From the NCBI GenBank assembly GCA_963768055.1, contig CAVYGN010000001.1, positions 416,001 through 480,000 of the forward strand: DNA of 64,000 nucleotides. The letters run 5' to 3'. A program made the translations under genes and the position numbers. This DNA comes from an uncultured Spirochaetota bacterium. GTDB taxonomy: Bacteria; Spirochaetota; Brevinematia; Brevinematales; JAOACQ01. Below the pieces are notes generated by a model. That model saw nothing but the letters and a program-made list of their open reading frames with translations. It did no database searches and was not told the DNA's origin. Shown piece by piece: positions 37,862 to 48,033 of this stretch (the stretch's first letter is position 1; each line of letters begins with the position of its first letter).

Positions 37862-40120
37862 TTATGTTATCTTCAATATCTCTTCTATATCTTTTATAGT
37901 GCTCTTTTTTAAGACCTCATTAACCTGCCTGGCGGCTTTTTTTGTGTCTATCCTGGATATAAAATCCTGGACCCTGGGGAAGTTTGCAGGTTCGACGCTT
38001 ATTTTCCTTATACCCGAACCTATCAGGAATGCAAGGTACTCTTTTTTATTCGCCATGTCGCCGCAAATCGAGATGTCAATGCCCCGGCTTATACTTGTTT
38101 TGATAATTTTCTTAAGAGCCCTTAAAACGGCAGGATGATGGGCTATATACATATCCGCCACATCGTCATTTGTCCTGTCGACAGCCAGAATGTATTGAAT
38201 AAGATCGTTTGTCCCGATCGAAAAAAAATCGGATATCGAACAGAAATCATCCATCATTTCTACCACCGAAGGAAGTTCAATCATCATGCCTATTTCGGGG
38301 TTTTTATTATATGGAATTTTTTTACTTTCAAGAAAATCCGAACATTCCAGGACGATATTTTTTGCAGTGATAAATTCCTCGATCGAAGAGATCATCGGGA
38401 ACATGATCTTAATGTTCATCATATGCCCGGCACGGAGTATGGCCCTTAACTGCTGTTTGAAAATGTCGGTTTGCTTCAATGAAAACCGGATCGAGCGCAG
38501 ACCGAGAAAGGGGTTCTGTTCTTTCGGGGAATTATTGTACGGGAGTACCTTGTCGCCTCCTATGTCGAGAGTTCTGAATGTCACTTCCCTTCCCTTGGCC
38601 CTGTCAAGGAGTATTTTGTAGATCTTATACTGTTCTTCCTCGTCCGGAAAATCCTTTCTTACCAGGAAGGGCATTTCAGTCCTGTAAAGCCCCACGCCTT
38701 CGTAAGGCATCTTTTCTGCTGTCTTCAGGTCGCTCAACAGGTTGATATTGATCATCAGTCTTACAGCGACCCCGTCCTTTGTGACCGTTTTCTGCCTAGG
38801 CTTCAGATTTTCCCGCCTGAGATCCATCCTCGCCTTGTTCCTTATATTGAACTGGTCTACTATTTCTTTATGCGGATTAATATATATATTGCCCGCCTCG
38901 GCGTCCATCAAGATCATTGTCGAATCCGGAAGTTCCAGAATCCTCGGATCTTCCACTATCATAACCGGGATATTCAGGGTTCGCGCGAGGATTGAGAAAT
39001 GAGAAGTCGCCCCGCCGGTAAGAAGAATGATGCCCCCCGCTTTTTCCGAATAAAGGCGGATAAGATCCGAAAGAAGAAGCTCATTTGCTACGATGATTTT
39101 GTTCATGACCCCCGGCATCCGGGAATCATTTTTCACAAGATTATTCAAAATCCTTTTAGCAATATCTTCTATATCTTTCGCCTTTTCTTTTATATAATCG
39201 CTGGGGCTGTTCAAGAGAAGTTTGATATAGTTGGTGGCTATTTTGATAAGGGCTGTCGGAGGATTTTCACCATTATCTATAAGTTTCAATATCTCTCCGC
39301 TGAAGTTCCTGTCACGGAGTATTAAAAGATGAGCTCCGAAAATCAATGAAGCAGCCTCCGAAAAGTCTTTCTCTATTATCTTCTGCAGTTCGGCTATTTC
39401 GCTTTCCGTGAGTTTCAGAGATGAGATGAATTCTTCCTTTGTATATTTTTTATTAAACCTGCTTTTAGTGAAAAACTCAAAAGGGTCCGTCTGGCTGATT
39501 TTATAAATCTCCGAGTAATGATACCCCTCTGACGCGGTTTTGCCCTTGATAAAATTGTAGGAAATATCAACACCGTTTTTGACGGCCTTATGGCTTCCGG
39601 CCTTATACCGGCCGCCTATATAGCTCATTAGCCTGTCGTTATCGATCATAATGGCAAGATGGGAAGCTATTATTTTTGATACTTTGATCTCGCTTGCAGA
39701 AAAAGTTTTTCCGATTTCCCGCTGCAGCATCAGGACCCCGATTTTAGTGATCCCCTTTTCAATAGGTAGTACAAGATAAGTGTCGTATTTCTCCTCGTCG
39801 AGGCCGGGAACTCTTTTATAGTTCGGGTTCATTGAGCCCTTCTTTTCATATATGGCCCTTGATTCCCTGAGAGCAAGCCCCGCCAGGCCCTCTGTCATCT
39901 TTATTTTCACACTTTCTACCGCGCCGGGGTCGAAGCCGACATTTGCAAGCATCGTCAGGTCCCCCGATCGTTCATCAAAACAATAAATTGAACAGATAGT
40001 CGATTTCATGAAATCGGCTATTGCATGTACAGTCCTGTCGAGTATCGTCTGCAGATCAGCGCTGTCTTTGTAAATATTATTCAATTCTATAATATTGAAC
40101 AGGAGATCGATTTGTTTCAT
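37862..40120 (-). CDS. ptsP: Phosphoenolpyruvate-protein phosphotransferase with GAF domain (EI-Ntr)
   Basis: N-terminal GAF domain. TSHFSILAR phospho-His, GLYRTE, RTLDIGGDK and SIGTNDL motifs. Confidence 0.9.
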   Translation of the reverse strand: MKQIDLLFNIIELNNIYKDSADLQTILDRTVHAIADFMKSTICSIYCFDERSGDLTMLANVGFDPGAVESVKIKMTEGLAGLALRESRAIYEKKGSMNPNYKRVPGLDEEKYDTYLVLPIEKGITKIGVLMLQREIGKTFSASEIKVSKIIASHLAIMIDNDRLMSYIGGRYKAGSHKAVKNGVDISYNFIKGKTASEGYHYSEIYKISQTDPFEFFTKSRFNKKYTKEEFISSLKLTESEIAELQKIIEKDFSEAASLIFGAHLLILRDRNFSGEILKLIDNGENPPTALIKIATNYIKLLLNSPSDYIKEKAKDIEDIAKRILNNLVKNDSRMPGVMNKIIVANELLLSDLIRLYSEKAGGIILLTGGATSHFSILARTLNIPVMIVEDPRILELPDSTMILMDAEAGNIYINPHKEIVDQFNIRNKARMDLRRENLKPRQKTVTKDGVAVRLMININLLSDLKTAEKMPYEGVGLYRTEMPFLVRKDFPDEEEQYKIYKILLDRAKGREVTFRTLDIGGDKVLPYNNSPKEQNPFLGLRSIRFSLKQTDIFKQQLRAILRAGHMMNIKIMFPMISSIEEFITAKNIVLECSDFLESKKIPYNKNPEIGMMIELPSVVEMMDDFCSISDFFSIGTNDLIQYILAVDRTNDDVADMYIAHHPAVLRALKKIIKTSISRGIDISICGDMANKKEYLAFLIGSGIRKISVEPANFPRVQDFISRIDTKKAARQVNEVLKKSTIKDIEEILKIT

Positions 40121-43100
40121 AGTGCATTTCTCCCGTGCATGACGATCCTGTTGCGCCCGATTTTTTTCGCCTTATACAGCGCCTCATCCGCCATTTTCAA
40201 AAGTAATTCGGCGATCTCTTCCTTGATTTTATCGATCTTTTCCCAATCGGCCCCTTCCCTGTCCCTGACTTCGTAAAGATCCTTCAAATCGCCGATTCCG
40301 AGTGTCTTATTTATATAATCCGAATTGTCCCGGAGAGACACAACTCCGAAACTTGAAGTGATCGACAGGGCCTTGTCCCCGTAATTTATTATCGTATTGC
40401 CGATCGAGTTCCGGAGACCCTCTGCAACATGCGCGGCATTTTTCAGATTGGTCTCCGGAAGGATTACAATAAACTCGTCCCCGCCGTACCTTCCGGCTAT
40501 GTCGTATTTCCTGATCGCGGATTTAATTATTTTACCTGTCATCGCGAGGAACAAATCCCCGGCCTGATGACCATGCGAGTCGTTTATTCGCTTGAAAAAA
40601 TCCAGGTCCATAAATATTATCGATATATCCCGGTATTGCCTCACGGATAACTCCCGCTTAAGGTTTTCAAGGGCAGCCCTCCGGTTATTCAAACCTGTCA
40701 ATTCGTCCTTCGAGGCCAATTGCCTGATCTTTTTTAGTTCGTAATATTTCATCAATTGTTCGTCCACAGTAATGATGAGCAGTTTTTCCTCGATAGGTTT
40801 TTTTAAATAGGCCGCCGCACCCAATTCCCTTCTCTCAAGCATCAGCCCTTCGTCAGCTACGGCGGATAAAAATATAAAGGGTATTTCCTTGTGAACCGGG
40901 TTTCCCACAAGGCGGTTATGCAGGTCGTCTCCTTTCATATTGGGCATATTGAAATCGCAGATGACTATGTCGGGCGAATATTCATAAACGGCTTCGAGCC
41001 CCTGCTTGCCGTCCGAAGCGATGATGAAATTCTTGAAGCCGTTTTTGTTCAAATATGTGTAAATAATTTCACAGATGCTCTTATCGTCGTCTATTATCAA
41101 TATTATGCCCTTTTTGTAGTCCGACTCGTTTTCCCTGTTCAAATCCATAAAAATGGTACGAATGTTTTCAATACGCTGTTTTTCGTCAAGCTCGGCCTCT
41201 ATCAGCGTCTTTAAATCCTTTCTCCTTCTGAACGTGTTCTCATCCGAACTTATATCCTTTTCGTTAAAATGCGCCCTCCCTTTTTTCATCTTTATGAGGA
41301 ATCTCGATCCCTTTCCCGGCCCCTCGGATTCCGCCCAGATTTCCCCCTTTAAAAAGTCGGTAAGCTGCTTCGAGAAGGCAAGCCCGATGCCGGTCCCATG
41401 GTACTGGCTGTTTCTCCCGTCATGGAGCTGTTCAAACCTGTTGAAAATAATCTTCAATTTCTCCTTGGGTATTCCGATGCCGTTATCCGAGATGCTGATT
41501 AAAATATGATCGGCCTTTTCTTCAAGCTCGGTTATGATAACCCCGGTATCGGGATTGACGAATTTGATCGCGTTCGATAGAATGTTATCGAGTATCTCCT
41601 CGAGCTTTTCAGTATCCGTGTAAAAATCTTCAATTTTTTTGGCGGGCAATATCCTTTTTATTTTTATTCCGCTCGAACTTACCGAAGACTCGTAATAATC
41701 CAGCAGGGAATTGATGTTTGCCGCCAGGTCGACTTTTTCAATCTTCAATTTAATGCCCCTGGCGTCTATTTTTGCGAGTTCAAGAAGCTTGTCGATCGTG
41801 TCTTTCAGCCGCAGGGACGATTTGTATATCATGCGGAATTTTTCTTTCTCCTCATCGTCTATATTGTCGTCAAAACGGATGGCGAGGTCGGCGGCGTTAA
41901 GGATAACGGTGAGGGGCGACCGGAAATCATGTGTAATATTCGCTATGAAATCGTTTTTCAGCGCGTCGAGTTCTTTCAATTTAGTATTGGCCTTTTCCAG
42001 TTCAATGGTCCTTTCTTTGACTCTGTGTTCAAGCTGGTTTGTGTATACGTATAATTCGTTAGTCAGCCGCGCTCCTTTTATAGCGCCGCTGATCTGAACC
42101 GACAGGGTTTCATAAATAAAACTTGTGAGGGTCTGAATATCGTAAAGTATATAACCGAAATATTCATCCTTAAAATTCAACGCCATTACGACATATTCCT
42201 GGAATCCGGTTTTATTTTTATTAATATCTGATGGAAGTAATTTTTTTGAAGGAAAAGGTTCATTGCCTATCTTTTTATTATTTTTGTCATAGGCGAATAA
42301 AACTCTTGCAAATTCCCTGGTCTGATCTTCGAAAAGGCAGGTATAAAAACTTTTGAATTGGAATTGCGGGGGCAAATTGGAGAGAACCGCTTCTTTTAGT
42401 TTTTCAATGTCGAAAGTATTGATGAAACTCTCCGTAACATCGAATACTACATGCGATTCAAGCGTTATCCTGGCCCTTTTTTCGGATTGTTCTTCTTTGA
42501 TCATTAATCCGAATAACGCAAGAGTTTCGTTCCATAACTGCAGGCCGCTCTCCCGTTCATCCGAACTTAAAAAACGGTTTATTAAATTTCCGTAAAAAAT
42601 TGACATGAATTGATTTATTGAGATTATTTCTTCATTGCTGTCCAGCAGAATGCGGAACAGATCGAGGAATTCTTCAAATAATCGATTTTTATTGCCGCCG
42701 TCTCTTGTTTCGAAATATCTGTCGACCAGTACCTTTAACCGCTTCTTTAAATCTATTTTACTTTTTAAATATGGAAGCTCCTTTGCCATAATAGCGCCGA
42801 TCTCATCGTTGAATTCGCTTTTATCGATGAAAAAAAAGCTTTTTTTATTCTGGTTGCTGTTAGTTATCCTGTCGTTCATTATATGGTTCAATTTATCCAC
42901 GGCCCTGCAGCCGCATGATTCCCTGATTATGAATTCTGTCGGAATAACGACATTTTCAGGGACCTTTTTTCCCTCCATAATTGACAGAAGTAATTTTACG
43001 CTTTCCTGTCCGATGTCGAAAAAAGGCTGTTTTACAGTGGTAAGAGTAGGCTGCGCCGTCCAGCATTCCTGCGTATCGTCAAATCCGGTAACCGCTGCGT

Positions 43101-43776
43101 CATCGGGTATTTTTAATCCGTGTTTTTCCATTTCCCTCATGACGCTGATAGCCATATAATCATTCGAGCAAACGACCGAGTCGAAATTCGTTTTTCTTTT
43201 TTCATACAGGGTTTCGAAGGCCTTTGCCCCACCGAAATAACTGAAATTTCCATTGGTTATCAATTCCTGATCGAGATCGATATTGTGCCTGGCCAGAACA
43301 TTTTTATAGGCTTCAAACCTCTGGATGGCGTCGAAATTACCTTCGGTTCCTGCCATAAACGCTATTTTCTTATATTTATGATACTCAATCAGATGGGTGA
43401 CTAGATCTTCCATTCCTTTCTTATTATCTATAAGGACATTGTGCACTCCATCTATATTCGATCCGATGTTGACAATAGGGATGCCGGTGTATTTTGACAG
43501 GAAAGCCGTCATGTCTTTTTTTGGTATGAAATTGCCGATTGATCCTTCAACAATAATTCCATCGACATTTTCAATCCCAGGAAGATCGAAGATAAAATTG
43601 CAATTTTCGCCCAGAACTGCGCCGCCGGAGGGGCTTTTCAAAAACCCCCCGCCGAAACCTATAAAATTCTGGTTATAATCCCTGCATGTTTTTATTATAT
43701 TATAAAATAAATTTGCAGTATATGCCCCGTAAAAATCTCCGAAAAGAAAGCCGATCGTAAAACGGTCATGTTTCAT
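40117..43776 (-). CDS. Hybrid signalling protein: LacI-type sugar-binding sensor + histidine kinase + REC + GGDEF
   Basis: VTGFDD and PTLTTVKQP...IRESCGC (sensor). THDFRSPL, DNGIGI and GTGIGL (kinase). IIDDD..CDFNMP (receiver). RYGGDEF. Confidence 0.9.
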   Translation of the reverse strand: MKHDRFTIGFLFGDFYGAYTANLFYNIIKTCRDYNQNFIGFGGGFLKSPSGGAVLGENCNFIFDLPGIENVDGIIVEGSIGNFIPKKDMTAFLSKYTGIPIVNIGSNIDGVHNVLIDNKKGMEDLVTHLIEYHKYKKIAFMAGTEGNFDAIQRFEAYKNVLARHNIDLDQELITNGNFSYFGGAKAFETLYEKRKTNFDSVVCSNDYMAISVMREMEKHGLKIPDDAAVTGFDDTQECWTAQPTLTTVKQPFFDIGQESVKLLLSIMEGKKVPENVVIPTEFIIRESCGCRAVDKLNHIMNDRITNSNQNKKSFFFIDKSEFNDEIGAIMAKELPYLKSKIDLKKRLKVLVDRYFETRDGGNKNRLFEEFLDLFRILLDSNEEIISINQFMSIFYGNLINRFLSSDERESGLQLWNETLALFGLMIKEEQSEKRARITLESHVVFDVTESFINTFDIEKLKEAVLSNLPPQFQFKSFYTCLFEDQTREFARVLFAYDKNNKKIGNEPFPSKKLLPSDINKNKTGFQEYVVMALNFKDEYFGYILYDIQTLTSFIYETLSVQISGAIKGARLTNELYVYTNQLEHRVKERTIELEKANTKLKELDALKNDFIANITHDFRSPLTVILNAADLAIRFDDNIDDEEKEKFRMIYKSSLRLKDTIDKLLELAKIDARGIKLKIEKVDLAANINSLLDYYESSVSSSGIKIKRILPAKKIEDFYTDTEKLEEILDNILSNAIKFVNPDTGVIITELEEKADHILISISDNGIGIPKEKLKIIFNRFEQLHDGRNSQYHGTGIGLAFSKQLTDFLKGEIWAESEGPGKGSRFLIKMKKGRAHFNEKDISSDENTFRRRKDLKTLIEAELDEKQRIENIRTIFMDLNRENESDYKKGIILIIDDDKSICEIIYTYLNKNGFKNFIIASDGKQGLEAVYEYSPDIVICDFNMPNMKGDDLHNRLVGNPVHKEIPFIFLSAVADEGLMLERRELGAAAYLKKPIEEKLLIITVDEQLMKYYELKKIRQLASKDELTGLNNRRAALENLKRELSVRQYRDISIIFMDLDFFKRINDSHGHQAGDLFLAMTGKIIKSAIRKYDIAGRYGGDEFIVILPETNLKNAAHVAEGLRNSIGNTIINYGDKALSITSSFGVVSLRDNSDYINKTLGIGDLKDLYEVRDREGADWEKIDKIKEEIAELLLKMADEALYKAKKIGRNRIVMHGRNAL

Positions 43777-43873
43777 ATCAAACCCGCAATTTATAAAGGA
43801 ATTATACACCTTTATTTCAAATTTGACAAGAACGGTAAAATCGTTTCTAAGGCCGCGGAGATAATAAATGTGC

Positions 43874-43905
43874 GGTAGAGACGTTTTTGATAAAACGTCC
43901 CTACC
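43874..43905. repeat. GTAG-type REP-like palindrome / possible terminator of metY
   Basis: GGTAGAGACGTTTT-TGAT-AAAACGTCCCTACC, just downstream of the metY stop. Confidence 0.6.
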
Positions 43906-43911
43906 ACGGTT

Positions 43912-45210
43912 TTAAATTTTATATAGTGCCTGGTCCAGGTCGGCTTTAATGTCTTCGATTTCTTCAAGTCCGATGGAAAGCCTTACAAGTTCCGGCGTTA
44001 ATCCGCCTTCCCTCTGCTGTTCTTCGGTAAGCTGCGAGTGTGATGTGCTTGCCGGGTGGAGTACAAGCGATTTTGCGTCGCCGACATTGGCAAGGTGGGA
44101 AAAGAGCTTTAAATTTTCGATCAAATTTTCGCCGCAGACTTTTCCTCCTTTAACCCCGAATACCACCATGCCTCCGAACCCCTTTTTAAGGTACTTTGAT
44201 GCAATAGGATATGTCGGGTCGTCCTTCAAGCCCGGGTACCTGACCCATGCCACTTTCGGATGTGTTTTTAAAAATTCGGCTACGGCAAGAGCGTTTTCGC
44301 TATGCCGGGGCATTCTTACATGCAGTGTCTCGGTCCCCTGAAGAAAGATCCAGGAATTATCGGGAGAGATGGCGGCGCCGAGGTTCCTTAAAGGGACTGT
44401 CCTGAAGCGGAGCGCGAAAGCGATCTTTTTTAAAGGGTCGGGAAGGTCTATAGCCCAGCGAAGGCCATGATAGTTTTTGTCAGGCTCAGTGTAAAGTGAA
44501 AACTTTTTGTCCGACCAGTCGAAATTGCCGGCGTCAGTAGCTATACCGCCGATGGCGGTTCCATGCCCGCCAATCCATTTTGTTAGCGAGTTAATCACAA
44601 TGTTGGCGCCATGTTCGATTGATTTTAATAAATAGGGGGTTGTAAAGGTAGCGTCGACGATCAGCGGAATATTATATTCCTTCGCGATCCCGGATATCGC
44701 CTCAATGTCCGTAAAATCAAGAACGGGATTGCCGATCGTCTCGATGAAAATCCCGCGGGTCCGGTCGTTGATAAGTTTTTTAAAGCTGGACGGGTCCTTA
44801 TGGTTAGCGAACTTGACATTGATGCCAAGATCGGGAAGGATCGCGTCGAACATTGTGTAAGTGCCGCCGTAAAGATTGGGCGCCGAAACTATCTCATTGC
44901 CGGCTTTAGCGACATTGATTATGGAGTAGAATATCGCGCTCGTACCCGAAGCGACGGCTACAGAAGCCGCTCCCCCTTCCAGGGTTGTGATCCTCTGCTC
45001 GAGGACGTCGGTCGTGGGGTTCATAATCCGGGTGTAAATATTGCCGAATTCCTTAAGCGCGAAAAGATTGGCCGCATGCTCTGTGCTTTTGAATACATAA
45101 GAGCTTGTGCGGTAAAGCGGCACTCCCCTCGATGTGGTTTCATCGATCTTCTGACCGCTATGCAGAGCCTGGGTGTTAAACCCTGCCTTTTCCCATGAAA
45201 AATCTGCCAT
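43912..45210 (-). CDS. metY: O-acetylhomoserine aminocarboxypropyltransferase/sulfhydrylase
   Basis: GNIYTRIMNPT, SLTKWIGGHG and HLANVGDAKSLVLHPASTSH motifs. Confidence 0.92.
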   Translation of the reverse strand: MADFSWEKAGFNTQALHSGQKIDETTSRGVPLYRTSSYVFKSTEHAANLFALKEFGNIYTRIMNPTTDVLEQRITTLEGGAASVAVASGTSAIFYSIINVAKAGNEIVSAPNLYGGTYTMFDAILPDLGINVKFANHKDPSSFKKLINDRTRGIFIETIGNPVLDFTDIEAISGIAKEYNIPLIVDATFTTPYLLKSIEHGANIVINSLTKWIGGHGTAIGGIATDAGNFDWSDKKFSLYTEPDKNYHGLRWAIDLPDPLKKIAFALRFRTVPLRNLGAAISPDNSWIFLQGTETLHVRMPRHSENALAVAEFLKTHPKVAWVRYPGLKDDPTYPIASKYLKKGFGGMVVFGVKGGKVCGENLIENLKLFSHLANVGDAKSLVLHPASTSHSQLTEEQQREGGLTPELVRLSIGLEEIEDIKADLDQALYKI

Positions 45211-45255
45211 ATATAGCCTCCTTAATTATTTTTTATTACAGCAAATCAAATAAAA

Positions 45256-46179
45256 TTAATCCTCAAATAACCATGTTGAAAGATACCTTTCCCCGGTATC
45301 GCAGGCTATGGTCACGATCGTTTTTCCTTTGTTCTCAGGCCTTTTTGCGGCTTCGATTGCAGCCCATACGTTAGCCCCTGAAGATATGCCGACCAGAATC
45401 CCTTCTACCCTGGCAAGCTTCCTGGACATTGCCCCGGCATCTTCATGTTTTACCTGGATGATCTCGTCAATCAGATCTACCCTGAGAATTTTCGGGATGA
45501 AATTAGGGCCGATACCCTGTATTTTATGAGGGCCGGCTTTACCTCCCGACAATACCGGCGAATCGACCGGTTCAACCGCTATAGTTTTAAAGCCGGGAAC
45601 CCTTGCTTTCATAACTTCTGTAATTCCGGTTAAAGACCCGCCTGTTCCTGTTCCGGAAACCAGGATATCAACCTTGCCTTCCGAGTCCCTCCATATTTCT
45701 TCGGCTGTGGTTTTTTTGTGTATTTCAGGATTGGCCGGGTTGTTAAACTGCTGTGGCATAAAGGCGTTAGGTGTAGATCCGGCGATTTCCTCCGCTTTAT
45801 CCACCGCCCCCTGCATGCCTTTTGATCCTTCTGTAAGGACAAGTTCGGCGCCGAAAAACTTTAGAAGCTTGCGGCGTTCGATGCTGAAAGTTTCAGGCAT
45901 TGTAAGAATCAGCTTGTAACCTTTCGCGGCGGCGGCAAATGCAAGGGCGATCCCCGTGTTGCCGCTTGTCGGTTCAACAATCACCGATTCTTTTGTCAGA
46001 AGCCCTTTTCTTTCAGCGTCTTCTATCATAGCCAGGCCTATCCTGTCTTTGACGCTTGAAAGAGGATTGAAAGATTCGAGCTTTAAAAGAATATCCGCGC
46101 CCAGACCTACGGCGATTTTGTTAAGCCTTAGCAACGGGGTATTTCCGATGAGTTCTGTAATACTGTTCGCCACTTTCAT
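45256..46179 (-). CDS. cysK: Cysteine synthase A
   Basis: SVKDRIG, PTSGNTG, GTGG, HKIQGIG and GERYLST motifs. Confidence 0.95.
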   Translation of the reverse strand: MKVANSITELIGNTPLLRLNKIAVGLGADILLKLESFNPLSSVKDRIGLAMIEDAERKGLLTKESVIVEPTSGNTGIALAFAAAAKGYKLILTMPETFSIERRKLLKFFGAELVLTEGSKGMQGAVDKAEEIAGSTPNAFMPQQFNNPANPEIHKKTTAEEIWRDSEGKVDILVSGTGTGGSLTGITEVMKARVPGFKTIAVEPVDSPVLSGGKAGPHKIQGIGPNFIPKILRVDLIDEIIQVKHEDAGAMSRKLARVEGILVGISSGANVWAAIEAAKRPENKGKTIVTIACDTGERYLSTWLFED

Positions 46180-46294
46180 ATATATCCTCCTTTGATATTT
46201 TTTATAGGTATTATTGTATGATATATAATAGTTAAATATGATAGATATCGGCGAATGCTTCGGATTTGAGCATCCGGGCCTCCATAAATTAAAT

Positions 46295-46319
46295 ATATCC
46301 TATGGGAATAGTAGGGTAT
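46295..46319. promoter_or_regulatory. Rrf2 (CymR/IscR-type) operator upstream of cysK
   Basis: 25-bp imperfect palindrome ATATCCTATGGGAATAGTAGGGTAT between rrf2 and cysK. Confidence 0.6.
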
Positions 46320-46339
46320 AACTGAAAAATTTTTTTACC

Positions 46340-46774
46340 TCAAATATCAAAACTTGGTTCGAAACATATTTTATGGTAATCGTCTACCATGTCCGATAAA
46401 TTTATCTTTATCAATGAGTTTTTAATGGCGTCATTCAGATTTCTCCATACATTCTGTGCGGGGCAGTTCCCGTTTTTAGAACAGTCTCCGCCTTCCAGGC
46501 AATCGATTATTGATAGAGAGCCTTCCAGCCGGCTTACTACATCGGCAAGATTTATTGAAGACGGATCTCCAGACAACTGGTATCCTCCCTGGGCTCCCCT
46601 TTGCGCGGTAATAAAACCGGCGGATTTTAGAAAGCCGGCTATTTGTTCGAGATATTTTTCCGAAATATTTTCTTTTTTAGCTATCTCGTTTAGCTGTACA
46701 GTGCCCTTATCGTAATTTAAAGCAAGCTGAAATAACAGCCTTACTCCGTAGCGGGTTCTTGTAGTCAATTTCAT
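46340..46774 (-). CDS. Rrf2 family transcriptional regulator (IscR/CymR-like)
   Basis: TRYGVR, ISEKYLEQI and RGAQGGY motifs. Three Cys (C-x5-C-x5-C). Confidence 0.9.
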   Translation of the reverse strand: MKLTTRTRYGVRLLFQLALNYDKGTVQLNEIAKKENISEKYLEQIAGFLKSAGFITAQRGAQGGYQLSGDPSSINLADVVSRLEGSLSIIDCLEGGDCSKNGNCPAQNVWRNLNDAIKNSLIKINLSDMVDDYHKICFEPSFDI

Positions 46775-46875
46775 AATTAATTCCCATATGAATACTATGA
46801 AATGATTATAACTGTTTTGATATATTTTGTCAATAGATAAGAAAATTATTTTCAAGGCGTTTGATTCAGAGTATT

Positions 46876-47514
46876 GAAACCACAGATAACACAGATTTCA
46901 CGGATTATTTCTGTGAAATCTTTTAAAATTAATTAGATCTTTGAATTTAATGAGCTTTCAGGTTTTTTGGTATATAATAAATAAGGTAGGTATTGAGTAA
47001 TTATTATTTGAAGGTGTAAATATGTCTGGCAAAGAAAAATTAGAAGGAAGAATTTATCCTGCCATTAAATCATGTGTTAATAATCGGTATAAAATTATTG
47101 CCGGAATATTTTCAGTGTATGCTTTTATGAAATCATCCTTAAACACTGGAATATTAACAAGCAAGGTTTCCATATATGTGGCTTTCATATTTACTTTTTT
47201 TGTACTTCATAATACTCTTAATTATTATCTCAATTTGGTTGAGCAACAAAAAATTGAAAACAACAAAGTAATAAAAAGTAAATTATTTTGGGATTATTTT
47301 AATGTAGAAGGGGTGTTTGCTATTGTAATGCTGCTTATTATATGGTCGGGTTATTGGTTTGTAATTAAAGAATAGTAGTGAGAAAATAAAAATATTCGGG
47401 GTTATGTCCTATATTTATTGTTTTTCTATCACAATTAAATAATGATTTCACGGATTGTAAAATTATTATTCATGTTTTTATGGTATCTGTGTTCATCTGT
47501 GAAATCTGTGGTTC
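46876..47514. repeat. AACCACAGAT-family element (copy B) enclosing a cargo gene
   Basis: Left GAAACCACAGATAACACAGATTTCACGGA; right ATCTGTGTTCATCTGTGAAATCTGTGGTTC. Confidence 0.75.
47022..47375 (+). CDS. AT-rich hypothetical membrane protein (about 3 TM)
   Basis: 117-aa ORF with AAGGTG RBS and hydrophobic segments. Confidence 0.6.
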   Translation: MSGKEKLEGRIYPAIKSCVNNRYKIIAGIFSVYAFMKSSLNTGILTSKVSIYVAFIFTFFVLHNTLNYYLNLVEQQKIENNKVIKSKLFWDYFNVEGVFAIVMLLIIWSGYWFVIKE

Positions 47515-47654
47515 TAATCCAGTGGATTAACTCATAAACTTGACTTTTAAAATATCGGGATTAACATATAACTTCTAAAAAATCATACCCGCGGGCCCTT
47601 GGGTCCTGCGGATATTACGAGGTTATAAATACGAAGGTATTAACTTCCGGGGGA

Positions 47655-48017
47655 TTGATATTATTAGTGGATGATGAAGAGTCGATTTTAACGACGACAT
47701 CCGCCATTCTTGATAAAATCGGCTATAGGGTGATATCGTCCCTTTCCGGGGCCCGGGCCCTGGAAATATTCAAGGAAAGATACGCCGATATAAGCCTCGT
47801 AATGCTGGATATGATCATGCCCGGCATGTCCGGGGATGAAACCTTTTTTGAAATGAAAAAAATCCAGCCTGATGTCAATGTTCTGCTGACATCCGGAATT
47901 ATAAATGATAAGAGGGTGGAAAACCTTCTTAAAGCCGGGATCCTGGGCATATTGCAGAAACCTTATACCATAAATGAATTAATTGGCACCCTGGAAAACT
48001 TGAAGAAACGGGAATAG
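47655..48017 (+). CDS. Single-domain response regulator (REC)
   Basis: ILLVDDE, LDMIMPGMSG, TSG and KPY motifs. Start uncertain. Confidence 0.85.
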   Translation: MILLVDDEESILTTTSAILDKIGYRVISSLSGARALEIFKERYADISLVMLDMIMPGMSGDETFFEMKKIQPDVNVLLTSGIINDKRVENLLKAGILGILQKPYTINELIGTLENLKKRE

Positions 48018-48033
48018 GACATTTTAATATTAT

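Noticed and set aside
47589..47611. GC hairpin upstream of the REC gene
   Set aside because: A single stem without a U-tract or recognisable motif; no function can be assigned.
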